DNA from: a virus
Lineage: Duplodnaviria; Caudoviricetes
Direction: 5' to 3' (one strand)
Length of the DNA: 64,000 nt
Virus record (IMG/VR): IMGVR_UViG_3300016476_001378
Shown piece by piece: positions 28,903-37,937 of this stretch. The position numbers and the translations under genes are program-made. Positions within the stretch are counted from its first letter, which is position 1, and every line of letters starts with the position of its first letter. Below the pieces are notes generated by a model. That model was not told the DNA's origin and did not search any database. It saw only the letters and a program-made list of their open reading frames with translations.

Positions 28903-30927
28903 TTACAATAAGTCAATAAGCAAGAAGGCAGACCAATAATTACTACCACCCGTTCTCACACATTCCAATTGTAACATTTCACCTGTGGTAACAACAACTT
29001 CGTTAAAATTCTCAAATGATTCGGATTCTTTGTTAATGTTTACTAAACCTTGATCAATTAAAACTTTGTTTCCACAATAAAGTTTGAATACCGCGTTTTG
29101 CTCTGTTGGCGCTTCATCAAACAATATCTCTAATCTTCTAATCTTCCAATTCACTTGAGCCAACGCACCTTGGGTTGTTAAATGTGGCACAGGAACTTTC
29201 ATTCTTATTTTTCTGTTATCAACTACCTCAGAGCCTGCAGCTAATGTCAAATAATGTGAAGGAATGTACTCTGATTTTGACTCTTTTTCAGTAAGAATAA
29301 TTCTTTTCTGCCCAGAGTTGAAAATTAGATGGTTTCCGTCAAACCAAATTTCACCACCTGTGAGTTCTGAAACAGATGGTGTGGGTTGAAATTTAATAGG
29401 GGCCTTTTTAGTTTCTGATAAAATTAATTGTGCTTTGTTTGCCAAAGTAACATCAGATACAAATGTATGATTGCCCTGCCAGAATGGATTAAAGTTAATG
29501 CTCTGGTCAAGATTGATAGATGTAATGCCTTCATTCTGCTGAATAACAACACCAGAGTTTTCATTGGTTTCTAAGTCTACAAGGATGTTTTTCCAAGTTG
29601 GGTTACTTCCTGGCCCCTGCGACATTAAGACTTGGCCAGACATGCCTTGCTCAAACGAAGCGAGTGATTGGTCATGCCCCTTTATAATGATCTGTCCAGG
29701 CGCAAAATCAATCAAATTAGCCCCTGTGCCACCATTTTCAATACCAACTACACCTCGGACATTCTGAGCGGTTCCAGTGATGTCTGAGGTAAGAAACGCT
29801 AAAGCTTTGCGCTGCCTTGATGTAGTTACAAATAAATAATTGCCATCAAACTCTACACCACCCTCAATTGCCTTTTCAATAAGGGGTAATCTTTGGAATC
29901 TAAGAGGGGGAAGAACAGGGCTCTTGCCAAGAGTAATAGGAAAATCAAAATGACCATCAAAACCAGATCTGTCAATTGGAGAATAAACAGGGACACCATT
30001 TTTAACCTGGAGATAGAATCCTTCGCAATTTTGTGTCGAAAGGGTCACTAAATTGTTATCAGAATCGGCATAAAGAATATCGCCCTTGTCATAAGCAGCA
30101 ATTCCAGTACCGCCCTGCGAAAGTGGCATTACACCCTTCAAACTATCTACAGAAAGCTGGCCATTAATTAAGCCAGATTCATTAACTGAGAAAACAGTTT
30201 TACCCGCTAATTCTACACTAAAATTAGGCTGCTTAACATTTAAGATAATTGCAGCAGAACTAGAAGACAAATCATTCTCTTTAAGCTTGGCATGATTTAA
30301 ACCAATTATTAATTGCTTCTCTCTGCTCTCAAAGCTCAAACCAGCTGCAAGGTTATTATCTCTTAGTTTGAAAACAGGATTGAATTCCTCAAATGTAGCT
30401 TGATTCCCATTGACATAAATGGTCTTAATACCTTGCATAAATTCTTTAGAAAATGATGCAAAATCTACCCAAGTCAAAGTTTTATTTTCAGCTAGTAAAA
30501 CTTTTCTTTCTTTAGGTATTGGCAAGAGATCTAATACTTCTTTGCCTGTGTTGATAAGGATGCCTTCTGTTGGGAATAAAGACCAGCCTGTACCACCTTT
30601 ACTAACAGGTAAAACACCCTCGGCTTGGTTCAAACTAACAGGGGCCCAATTTACTCCTCTGGAGGTAAATGTTAAAACGTAGTTATTTTTAGTGGGCTTT
30701 AAAACTTGCCAAGAAACACCATTGGAAACAATTAAAGAGCCTAAAGTGAAATTTTCATGACCTAAATTATTGATTGGAAAAGTTTGGTTTGCTGCGAAAG
30801 TTACAGCCTTTGCAAAGTTGTTTGTGCCTGTCCAAATGTTGTCGCCAGAGAAGTCTAAGCACAACTTGTTGTTATGTAAAATAATTCCATTACCCAGATT
30901 TTCTTCTTGCATTGGTAAATCAGCCAT
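28903..30927 (-). CDS. Putative fibre structural protein (674 aa), first gene of the cassette
   Basis: LPVSKGGTG, MPLSQGGTG and VGIENGGTG segments; C-terminus resembles that of the 3554-aa fibre. Confidence 0.7.
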   Translation of the reverse strand: MADLPMQEENLGNGIILHNNKLCLDFSGDNIWTGTNNFAKAVTFAANQTFPINNLGHENFTLGSLIVSNGVSWQVLKPTKNNYVLTFTSRGVNWAPVSLNQAEGVLPVSKGGTGWSLFPTEGILINTGKEVLDLLPIPKERKVLLAENKTLTWVDFASFSKEFMQGIKTIYVNGNQATFEEFNPVFKLRDNNLAAGLSFESREKQLIIGLNHAKLKENDLSSSSAAIILNVKQPNFSVELAGKTVFSVNESGLINGQLSVDSLKGVMPLSQGGTGIAAYDKGDILYADSDNNLVTLSTQNCEGFYLQVKNGVPVYSPIDRSGFDGHFDFPITLGKSPVLPPLRFQRLPLIEKAIEGGVEFDGNYLFVTTSRQRKALAFLTSDITGTAQNVRGVVGIENGGTGANLIDFAPGQIIIKGHDQSLASFEQGMSGQVLMSQGPGSNPTWKNILVDLETNENSGVVIQQNEGITSINLDQSINFNPFWQGNHTFVSDVTLANKAQLILSETKKAPIKFQPTPSVSELTGGEIWFDGNHLIFNSGQKRIILTEKESKSEYIPSHYLTLAAGSEVVDNRKIRMKVPVPHLTTQGALAQVNWKIRRLEILFDEAPTEQNAVFKLYCGNKVLIDQGLVNINKESESFENFNEVVVTTGEMLQLECVRTGGSNYWSAFLLIDLL

Positions 30928-30961
30928 TCTAAGTTCCCGAGGCCCCTTTTATTTAAATACA

Positions 30962-30989
30962 ATTTTACAGTTTTTCATAGCGCAACCCT
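30962..30989 (-). promoter_or_regulatory. Putative late promoter for the fibre cassette (AGG-N18-GTAAAAT)
   Basis: Recurring motif. Confidence 0.6.
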
Positions 30990-30998
30990 GCCGCATAA

Positions 30999-31026
30999 AG
31001 GAATAACTGATAAGAATCTATAAGAT
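30999..31026 (+). promoter_or_regulatory. Putative late promoter, divergent (AGG-N18-ATAAGAT)
   Basis: Back-to-back with the previous promoter. Confidence 0.55.
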
Positions 31027-31032
31027 GTACTG

Positions 31033-31289
31033 TGTGAAGGGATCAATCACCAAGGTATAGACAAGGTGCTGAGGTTGATATTCTTGAATTCAAAAAATTG
31101 AAAACTGAATTTAAATGACAATCTAAGACAATTGATTGGAGTTAACAATTTAGTTGTTAATGTCGCTGGGAATGTAACGACTAGGTGTAAATCCTTAGAT
31201 GCTCTGTTTTGCATGGGCAATCAGAGAGCATTCACAAAAATAAGACTTCTTCTCCTAAGAAGTCACGACAGATAGAAATTTTAAGGAGA
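31033..31289 (+). ncRNA. Candidate structured cis-regulatory leader RNA with anti-SD pseudoknot
   Basis: Eight compatible helices; closing pair TGTGAA/TTCACA; hairpin loop CTCCT complementary to SD AGGAG (31284-31288). Confidence 0.6.
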
Positions 31290-31297
31290 TAATTATA

Positions 31298-32116
31298 ATG
31301 CCAAGTTATCCATCTAACTTTATCAACGGTGCAGCTCCTGGTGTTCAGTCCAAGAACAACGTTAGCGACCGCATTGAACTTCGCATTGGTAACCAGACCA
31401 CAGTCGCATCCGCAGCAACTTACACAGTTAGAGTTGCTACAACTGCTAACATTACCCTTAGCAACACACAAACTATTGACACTGTAAGTGTTGTAGCTAC
31501 AGACAGAGTTCTTGTTAAGAATCAGAACACTGCATCAGAAAACGGCATCTACGTCTGTGTAAGTGGTGGTGCATGGACAAGAGCTACCGACTTTAACGAG
31601 AATTCCGAAGTTCTTCAGAACTCCAGAGTTTATGTTACAGCTGGCTCCGCAAACATTGCTAAGCAGTTCTACCTTTCAACCGACGAGCCAATCGTTGTTG
31701 GTACAACCGATCTTACATTCACTGCTTCCCCAACTGCAGTTTCTTACCCAAGTGCTGCACATTATCCAACTGATGCTAACGTTGGTGTTGCTGACATCAC
31801 CAATGCAACAGACACATTAGGCAACTTCGCAACTGTCCTTGCACACTTGAACAAGGAAATCACAGCTTACAACACAGCTTATGCTGCTCTTGATGCAGTT
31901 GGAAGCTATGCTGAAGCTAATGAAAGAAGTTTCTTGGCCAATATGGATTCAAACAAGATCAACAGATTGAAGTATCAGATGTTACTCGATGCTTACAGAC
32001 TTAAGAACTACACAGCTCTTATGAATCAGATCGTCTCAGTTGGCGCTCCATCTGCAAGCCGCTACCCATCAGGTTGGAACAGAGGCTGGAACTCCAGCGC
32101 TACTTCCTACTCATAA
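31298..32116 (+). CDS. Probably abundant virion protein with VRVATT..DRVLVKNQ..ENGIY..W.RATD domain
   Basis: Domain common in phage fibre/decoration proteins; strong AAC/TTC/TAC/ATC codon bias; AAGGAG SD. Confidence 0.75.
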   Translation: MPSYPSNFINGAAPGVQSKNNVSDRIELRIGNQTTVASAATYTVRVATTANITLSNTQTIDTVSVVATDRVLVKNQNTASENGIYVCVSGGAWTRATDFNENSEVLQNSRVYVTAGSANIAKQFYLSTDEPIVVGTTDLTFTASPTAVSYPSAAHYPTDANVGVADITNATDTLGNFATVLAHLNKEITAYNTAYAALDAVGSYAEANERSFLANMDSNKINRLKYQMLLDAYRLKNYTALMNQIVSVGAPSASRYPSGWNRGWNSSATSYS

Positions 32117-32144
32117 TTCAGTTTCTAAACAAAGGTTCAAAAAT

Positions 32145-32176
32145 AAAAATGGGGGCTTCTCGGAGCCCCCATTTTT
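32145..32176. terminator. Bidirectional intrinsic terminator
   Basis: AAAAATGGGGGCTTC-TCG-GAGCCCCCATTTTT. Confidence 0.85.
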
Positions 32177-32870
32177 ATTTGTCTCTATATTCTATTAATG
32201 CTTGTTTTGCATCCATAATTTTGTCTATAATCCAAACTTTGCCCTTATTATATTTTGGCGTATTTGGCATTTCAAATATATTATCCCAATCGGATCTTTT
32301 TAATGAAATAAACTTTTCTATGTAAGGATTCAGGTCTCTCATCATTTCTTTGTCTAGCTCTAAAAGATATTCTTCATAGTCTCGTTTGAATAAATCTTGT
32401 CTTTCATCACCAGCTAAATAAAGAGCTAAATCAAATTCAAACATACAATTAGAATTAAAAGATTTTTTAAATTTATTATCTTCTATAAATCCAGCTGGCT
32501 CATCATTGTATGTGTTGCCACCCAAGAGCTCTATGAATAAAATATTACATTCAAGCTCTAATTTATTGTGTATACCTTTGAATAATTCGTCATCACCAAA
32601 CAAACACCATTCTTTATTTAAATCAAATTGACTTACAGTTACAAATGTATCTTTGTAGCCCCTAAGATCTGTTGCCCATTTTACAGGCTCATGAAAAAGA
32701 TCTAGTGTTTCACAAATCTTTGAATAGCAATAATCAATTAAGCCATCATAAAATTCTGGATTAGCTATATATTCAATTTCATTTGTGATTTCATTGATTA
32801 AATATCTAGGTGTTGAAAATTGCTGGGCTGGGAGCACCTTGTAATAAGAAAGGTCTAAAAGCTCTTCCAT
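32175..32870 (-). CDS. Acidic hypothetical protein
   Basis: 231-aa ORF overlapping the upstream gene by 16 nt. Confidence 0.75.
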   Translation of the reverse strand: MEELLDLSYYKVLPAQQFSTPRYLINEITNEIEYIANPEFYDGLIDYCYSKICETLDLFHEPVKWATDLRGYKDTFVTVSQFDLNKEWCLFGDDELFKGIHNKLELECNILFIELLGGNTYNDEPAGFIEDNKFKKSFNSNCMFEFDLALYLAGDERQDLFKRDYEEYLLELDKEMMRDLNPYIEKFISLKRSDWDNIFEMPNTPKYNKGKVWIIDKIMDAKQALIEYRDK

Positions 32871-33226
32871 GTTTGTTCCCCTTTGTATACTTCACTAGCT
32901 CTCATGCTTAAATATCGTCTTTTTTGCTTCTTGTGAAGATAGTCTTTAAATTCTTTTTTGGTATTTCTGAACACTGTGATAACAACGCCTTCTGAAGACA
33001 CAACTACACAGTGGCTATTGTCTTCATGTTCAATCTTGAAACATACTGCATAAGGGAATCCTCTGGAATCTTTGTCGCAATCAAATAGCTTTGCTTCGGC
33101 GGGAATTTCTGTTAAAATTGGGATTTCTCTTTCAACACATCTAGCGTGTGCGTGATTTGAATATTGTAATGTAATATCTTGCCAGGACTTGGGATCAGAT
33201 AAGTTTTTTAAAAAAAGAGCCTGCAT
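32855..33226 (-). CDS. DUF4258/RelE-like small protein
   Basis: YSNHAHARCVEREI...VVITVF. Confidence 0.5.
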   Translation of the reverse strand: MQALFLKNLSDPKSWQDITLQYSNHAHARCVEREIPILTEIPAEAKLFDCDKDSRGFPYAVCFKIEHEDNSHCVVVSSEGVVITVFRNTKKEFKDYLHKKQKRRYLSMRASEVYKGEQTWKSF

Positions 33227-33309
33227 AATAGTAACCTTTCTTGTCTATGTTACTATTATAGCAGGCCCGAATTTATTTTTAAGATGGAAACCTTGACGAT
33301 TCTACCTTG

Positions 33310-34050
33310 TTAGGGTTTCCACAGTGGGCCTCTCTTATTGATTTGGGTTTTCCATGTTTCAGGATTGCCATTCTTAATTCGAGTGTAGACCAAGTGTGCT
33401 CTTCGGACATAGGAACTCCTAGATCCTGCACCATTGTATCTACCCCACATGCGCGAGAGTCCGCCACGGCTTGCCAGAGCAATTCGGGATGACGACCTAT
33501 TTTTAGCTTTTAAAGCCAATTCCCACGCACCGAGTCGTATGTTGTCTTCTAAATCCATAGGATTTAATCCGCTCTTGGCGAGATCAGATCTATAGGTTCT
33601 TCTTTCAATTTGCATGATTCCCATGCAAGGTCCAGATTTCATAGAAAACTCTGATTCAATGTAGGCTGTTGTTGCTACAACATAGGGGTCTAAGTTATAG
33701 CGTTTAGCTTCTTGAATAATAATATCTGCAACATGATCAGCATACGATGATCCTTTACGGGGCTGTACCATTTTGATAAGACCCGCGATCTTCTTCTTTA
33801 CCCCGCTATCGTCACCTTTAGAAGATTTTGTAGTTTTACTTAAAACTGGCTTTGCTTGAGGCTTGTTCTGGGGCTTTGATGTTACCTTGGCAACAGCCTT
33901 AACCTCAACAGTTTTATGCTCTTCTGCATACTTCTTAATAGATGCCTGGGCGGATACGAGAGGCAAAGGGCGCTCCTCGTTTGTAACGGGCTGGGCCAGG
34001 AAAGCTGATCCCAGCGTGAATGCAGCCAATAAACCTAGTATTGCTTTCAT
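33310..34050 (-). CDS. Lytic transglycosylase (SLT domain) with N-terminal signal peptide
   Basis: YNLDP.VV....IESEF (catalytic Glu), GIMQI, NI.LGAW.L, YNGAG; MKAILGLLAAFTLGSAFLA; AGGGG SD favours ATG 34050. Confidence 0.8.
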   Translation of the reverse strand: MKAILGLLAAFTLGSAFLAQPVTNEERPLPLVSAQASIKKYAEEHKTVEVKAVAKVTSKPQNKPQAKPVLSKTTKSSKGDDSGVKKKIAGLIKMVQPRKGSSYADHVADIIIQEAKRYNLDPYVVATTAYIESEFSMKSGPCMGIMQIERRTYRSDLAKSGLNPMDLEDNIRLGAWELALKAKNRSSSRIALASRGGLSRMWGRYNGAGSRSSYVRRAHLVYTRIKNGNPETWKTQINKRGPLWKP

Positions 34051-34206
34051 TCTATCCCCTTTCCGTCGCTGTGTGTTTGAGATTCGCGTACAGCGCACAC
34101 AGCCTTTGCCAGTTAGGCATAATATTTATCGTGTCAAAACTCTAAATAAAATACTTAAAATGGCAAATCCAGTTCTTTCCCAAATAGAAAGAAAATAAAT
34201 TTTTGC

Positions 34207-34234
34207 AGGTGTTTTACCTCCCAAGCCTGTAAAA
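34207..34234 (+). promoter_or_regulatory. Putative late promoter (AGG-N19-GTAAAA)
   Basis: Recurring motif. Confidence 0.55.
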
Positions 34235-34254
34235 AATAAAAATAGAGGTTAATT

Positions 34255-35334
34255 ATGTCTTTGGAAAAACAGGCTCTTACGAATTACTATAATTTTGCTG
34301 TTAAAGGCGCTAAGCCTGATAAATGCCCATATTGCAATGATGTAATAAAAGGATGGGCGAGGACGAGATGCGTCGATTGTAATAGAATATTCTGCCGAAG
34401 TCACATGGAACCCTCTTTAGGCCAGAATAAGAGATGCCCCTTCTGCCGCGAGAAGAGAAAAAGCTTCTTGAACAAGGATGCTGTGACTGCATCCTTAAGA
34501 GTTGCAGAAAGCCTAAGAGAAGAATTTGCACTTGGTGCTGCACAAGAGCTGGAAGATAAAATCTTCGCTTCAATTTTTGGCAATAAAGAGTTGATAAAAT
34601 TCGCACAAGTAGAAGAAAACAAAGAAGAGGCCCCAGAAGAGCCAGCAGAAGCCCCTGCCCCAGAACAACCCCAGCAGCCAGATCAACCTCAGCCTGAAAA
34701 AATTGACCCAAATCAAGCGCTTAATGAATTAGTCAGTTCTTTATCCAATGACATTTTAAGTACATTGTCAGAAGATTCTGTTGTCACACCAGAAATTTTA
34801 AATGATACATTCCAAAGCATGTTGTCACAATTAAGCAATGTAGTACCCAGCACAAGAACTAGTGCCAGCACAGACCTTAGAAGCTTATTTACTGATACCT
34901 CATCAGAAGGTATAAGCTTAGGCAAGCTCATTACTTACTTTGATAAAGATGGCAATTTGATCACAGAAGCTTATAAGGGCGGTTTACAAGATGCAGAAAT
35001 GGCAGGAGGAGTTGTTCCACCTGAATTTGCAGAAAAATTCAACGAACTTAGTGATTTTGTAAGACAACTCCCAGACCCAAGTGATCCTAAATTCTTCGAA
35101 GAGGCAGCCAAGGCAGCCCAGTCTATTAATGGTATCACAGAAATGCTTTATAGAATGAAAATGTCTCCTGATGTATTAAGAAAAAATCTCATTTTACAAG
35201 GTGGCAAACCACCCATAGTAGATACTTTAATAGACATGAGCAAGGGTAGCAAAGTAGCGCCCGACACACGCAGAAGAGAGCCACCCCCAATAGACCCTAC
35301 ACGAGGCTTCAATTTTATGGGGCCTGGCAGATAA
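34255..35334 (+). CDS. Zn-finger-containing late protein (possible head/inner-body protein)
   Basis: CPYC..CVDC..CRSH..CPFC; Pro/Glu/Gln linker. Confidence 0.7.
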   Translation: MSLEKQALTNYYNFAVKGAKPDKCPYCNDVIKGWARTRCVDCNRIFCRSHMEPSLGQNKRCPFCREKRKSFLNKDAVTASLRVAESLREEFALGAAQELEDKIFASIFGNKELIKFAQVEENKEEAPEEPAEAPAPEQPQQPDQPQPEKIDPNQALNELVSSLSNDILSTLSEDSVVTPEILNDTFQSMLSQLSNVVPSTRTSASTDLRSLFTDTSSEGISLGKLITYFDKDGNLITEAYKGGLQDAEMAGGVVPPEFAEKFNELSDFVRQLPDPSDPKFFEEAAKAAQSINGITEMLYRMKMSPDVLRKNLILQGGKPPIVDTLIDMSKGSKVAPDTRRREPPPIDPTRGFNFMGPGR

Positions 35335-35351
35335 AATCCACTTTATTAATT

Positions 35352-35377
35352 AAACCCAGCCGATGGCTGGGTTTTTT
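35352..35377 (+). terminator. Intrinsic terminator, followed by TGTATAAT
   Basis: AAACCCAGCC-GAT-GGCTGGGTTTTTT. Confidence 0.85.
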
Positions 35378-35418
35378 GTATAATTAATACAAAATAAAAT
35401 TTTCAAAAAGAATAAAAA

Positions 35419-36294
35419 ATGAAAATACAATTAACCAATATTGATGATGCCCTCGAGTGCCCCTTTTATGTTAAAGCAGGTAAGAAACACACTTGCTTCA
35501 TGAAACTTAATATGTCAGCAGGGCAAGCTATGAATTTAGTGGACAACCCTGACTTTGACACAACTTCATGGAATGATAACTGCGAAGGCAAATTTGAAAA
35601 TTGCAACTTTGTTAGTCTTTTATATAAAATTGATGCAGAGCCAGCAACAGCTGTCCAAGCTGAAGACTATGAAGACTTTAATCCTTTCGAAGAGTATGAG
35701 GAAGAAGATGAAGTGCAGCCTGAGCCTGAAGCAAAACAACCAGAAGTTGCTCCAGAAGATTTAATTCATGTAAGAGTACATCCTGTTGAAAACATTTATA
35801 GTGTCAAAGTTGATGCTTTGATTTATCCAAATAATCAAATGTTATTGATTGATGATGAAGAATTAAATTATAGGAGCCAAGATAGAATTCAAGCTGAATT
35901 AGATAAGATCGCCCCTCCTGTTGCAATGGGCTCTGTTTTTAAAACATCAAATGGTGGAAACCACAAGGGTGGTGTAATACCAAAAATTATTTATCATGCT
36001 GTCGTTGCCGCACAGTCAAGATTAGTCAGTGAAGCTGCCATTTCAAAAGCAACAATCAAATCTTTGACTCAAGCAGATGAAGATGGTTGCAAAGTTGTTG
36101 CTATGATGCCTATGGACTGTGGTAACTTTGACTTACATCAAACAGCAAACGCGCAATTAAATGCCATTTATAAATTCTTACAAACTGTATCAACTAAAAA
36201 TATCAGACATATTTTTATTATCACAACCAAAAGCGACAAGGTGACACTGGACATTTTCAACGAAAAATTCGATAGGATCTTTGGCGAAGAATAA
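35419..36294 (+). CDS. Cys-rich N-domain plus degenerate macrodomain
   Basis: VDALI.PNN, G.VF.T..G, IIYHAV, SL..A...GCK.VA.P...G. Confidence 0.7.
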   Translation: MKIQLTNIDDALECPFYVKAGKKHTCFMKLNMSAGQAMNLVDNPDFDTTSWNDNCEGKFENCNFVSLLYKIDAEPATAVQAEDYEDFNPFEEYEEEDEVQPEPEAKQPEVAPEDLIHVRVHPVENIYSVKVDALIYPNNQMLLIDDEELNYRSQDRIQAELDKIAPPVAMGSVFKTSNGGNHKGGVIPKIIYHAVVAAQSRLVSEAAISKATIKSLTQADEDGCKVVAMMPMDCGNFDLHQTANAQLNAIYKFLQTVSTKNIRHIFIITTKSDKVTLDIFNEKFDRIFGEE

Positions 36295-36312
36295 ATCCTA
36301 GGGAGATTTTTA

Positions 36313-36633
36313 ATGGATATCATAGCATCTAAACTGCTTCAAGCTTGCTTGGATACGTCCCATCACAATCCAGTATGGATAATTGATCAATTTGGCTCTA
36401 TCGTTGCATCTAATTGCAGAGCTGAAGAATTCAATTTCCATGACATTGATTTTAATTCAGCACTTGTTAAAATCAATAATTCAGTTTGGAAAGTTTCCAT
36501 CAAAGAATTAAATCATGGTACAAATTGTTACCTTTACGAACTAGAAAATGAAGAAGACAATAGATTGCAAAATTCAGTAGATAAGCTTGCTGAATATCTA
36601 GAAAAAAGAACTTTCAAATCAGCCAAAATGTAA
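36313..36633 (+). CDS. Small PAS-like protein
   Basis: LDTSHHNPVWIIDQFGSIVASN.RAEE resembles the PAS N-terminal signature. Confidence 0.5.
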   Translation: MDIIASKLLQACLDTSHHNPVWIIDQFGSIVASNCRAEEFNFHDIDFNSALVKINNSVWKVSIKELNHGTNCYLYELENEEDNRLQNSVDKLAEYLEKRTFKSAKM

Positions 36634-36654
36634 TTTAAACATTATTTTAAACTG

Positions 36655-36691
36655 ATCAAACCTGCTGTTTTCCCTAGGTGGCAGGTTTGAT
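36655..36691 (+). terminator. Stem-loop terminator
   Basis: ATCAAACCTGC...GCAGGTTTGAT followed by T-run. Confidence 0.7.
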
Positions 36692-36725
36692 TTTTGTCAA
36701 AGTCCAAACTAAGGAGCGAAACCTT

Positions 36726-37268
36726 ATGGACAACAGAGATTTAACACAAGTCGAATTATTAGTTGAAATTGTCAGCGAAAAGATCAACGCACAGGTTTCA
36801 GCTCATGAAAAGTATAGCCAAGCTTTTATAAAGATTTTAGAAGCGCTTGAAGCTATTATAGAAAACCAAGAAACTGGACAAACAGTGTTCTTGCAAAGCG
36901 TCGTAAATAAACTTGCTGACATTGAAGAACTTTCAACTCAAATTGATGACAATGTTGCCCGCCAAAAAGAATTAGCCTCCAATCTTTCAGAAAAGCTAAA
37001 AGACTTTGAAACGGTAAGCGAAGCTCAAATAAATGGCCTCAAGACAAAAATAGATGGCTTAAATGACTCAAATGAAGAGTTCAATAGTGCCATGCTAGGT
37101 AAATTGGCCGATGTTGTATCTAAGCTCGATGATCTTACAGCTGCTAAAAAAGCATGGAAGAAATTTGGTGAAAGAATTTTAATTTATGTTGGGGCCGCTG
37201 CCACATTGATTGGTCTTTTAGCCACCTTGGTTCAATTTGGCATTGTAACTTTAAAATGGGGTAATTAA
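36726..37268 (+). CDS. Coiled-coil protein with C-terminal transmembrane helix (holin-like topology)
   Basis: Heptad-rich; KKAWKK..ILIYVGAAATLIGLLATLVQFGIV; AAGGAG SD before ATG 36726. Confidence 0.65.
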   Translation: MDNRDLTQVELLVEIVSEKINAQVSAHEKYSQAFIKILEALEAIIENQETGQTVFLQSVVNKLADIEELSTQIDDNVARQKELASNLSEKLKDFETVSEAQINGLKTKIDGLNDSNEEFNSAMLGKLADVVSKLDDLTAAKKAWKKFGERILIYVGAAATLIGLLATLVQFGIVTLKWGN

Positions 37269-37308
37269 TTTTACTTTATAAATAAATCTATAAGGAGGAG
37301 AATCAAAA

Positions 37309-37929
37309 ATGAACACTCCAAGAGATCCAATACAAAATAATGTCATAGCCATTTCAAATGGAATACATGTATTTATCCCACATCCCAATTACATGATTGG
37401 GCTTTCTAATTTTTCGCACTCTGAAGATTACATTGATTTACAAAAATGGTTTTTGAAGGCCAAGCACAGCCCAAGGCACATTAAGATGCTCTTTGAAGAA
37501 AATGATGTTACATCCACATGGTGGGAATTTGTCAAAGAACATAGAAATCAATTCTTAAGCAAAATGTTTATTGAGAATAATTTGATTGTTCTCAAAAGCT
37601 TCTACAACAAATTGATGTATGAAAATCAATTTAATGGGGGCCCTATTAATTCTGAAAATCCAGAAATAATTAGTTTCTTTAATGAATATGATTTTTGTAA
37701 TCAAGTTTTAGCTGCTGGTAAATACATTCCTAATCCCCCAGTGAATGAAGCTATTAGTCTTCTATCCGAAAAACAAATAGCAGATTTAATGAAAAACCAC
37801 ATTGTTGTATTAGAAGACAAACTACATAGATCTACATTGCAAAACATAGCACAACACGATGTTTTAAATAATATTCTTACCCATACTATTTTAAGTTATT
37901 GGGAGTGGCAGAACTGGATTTCTGTATAA
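37309..37929 (+). CDS. Hypothetical protein
   Basis: ORF with AAGGAGGAG SD. Confidence 0.75.
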   Translation: MNTPRDPIQNNVIAISNGIHVFIPHPNYMIGLSNFSHSEDYIDLQKWFLKAKHSPRHIKMLFEENDVTSTWWEFVKEHRNQFLSKMFIENNLIVLKSFYNKLMYENQFNGGPINSENPEIISFFNEYDFCNQVLAAGKYIPNPPVNEAISLLSEKQIADLMKNHIVVLEDKLHRSTLQNIAQHDVLNNILTHTILSYWEWQNWISV

Positions 37930-37937
37930 TTACAGCT

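Noticed and set aside
31167-31195. Cobalamin/FMN riboswitch or tRNA (GGGAA..GGTGTAAATCC)
   Set aside because: Only a T-loop-like string; spacing, B12 box and cloverleaf are absent
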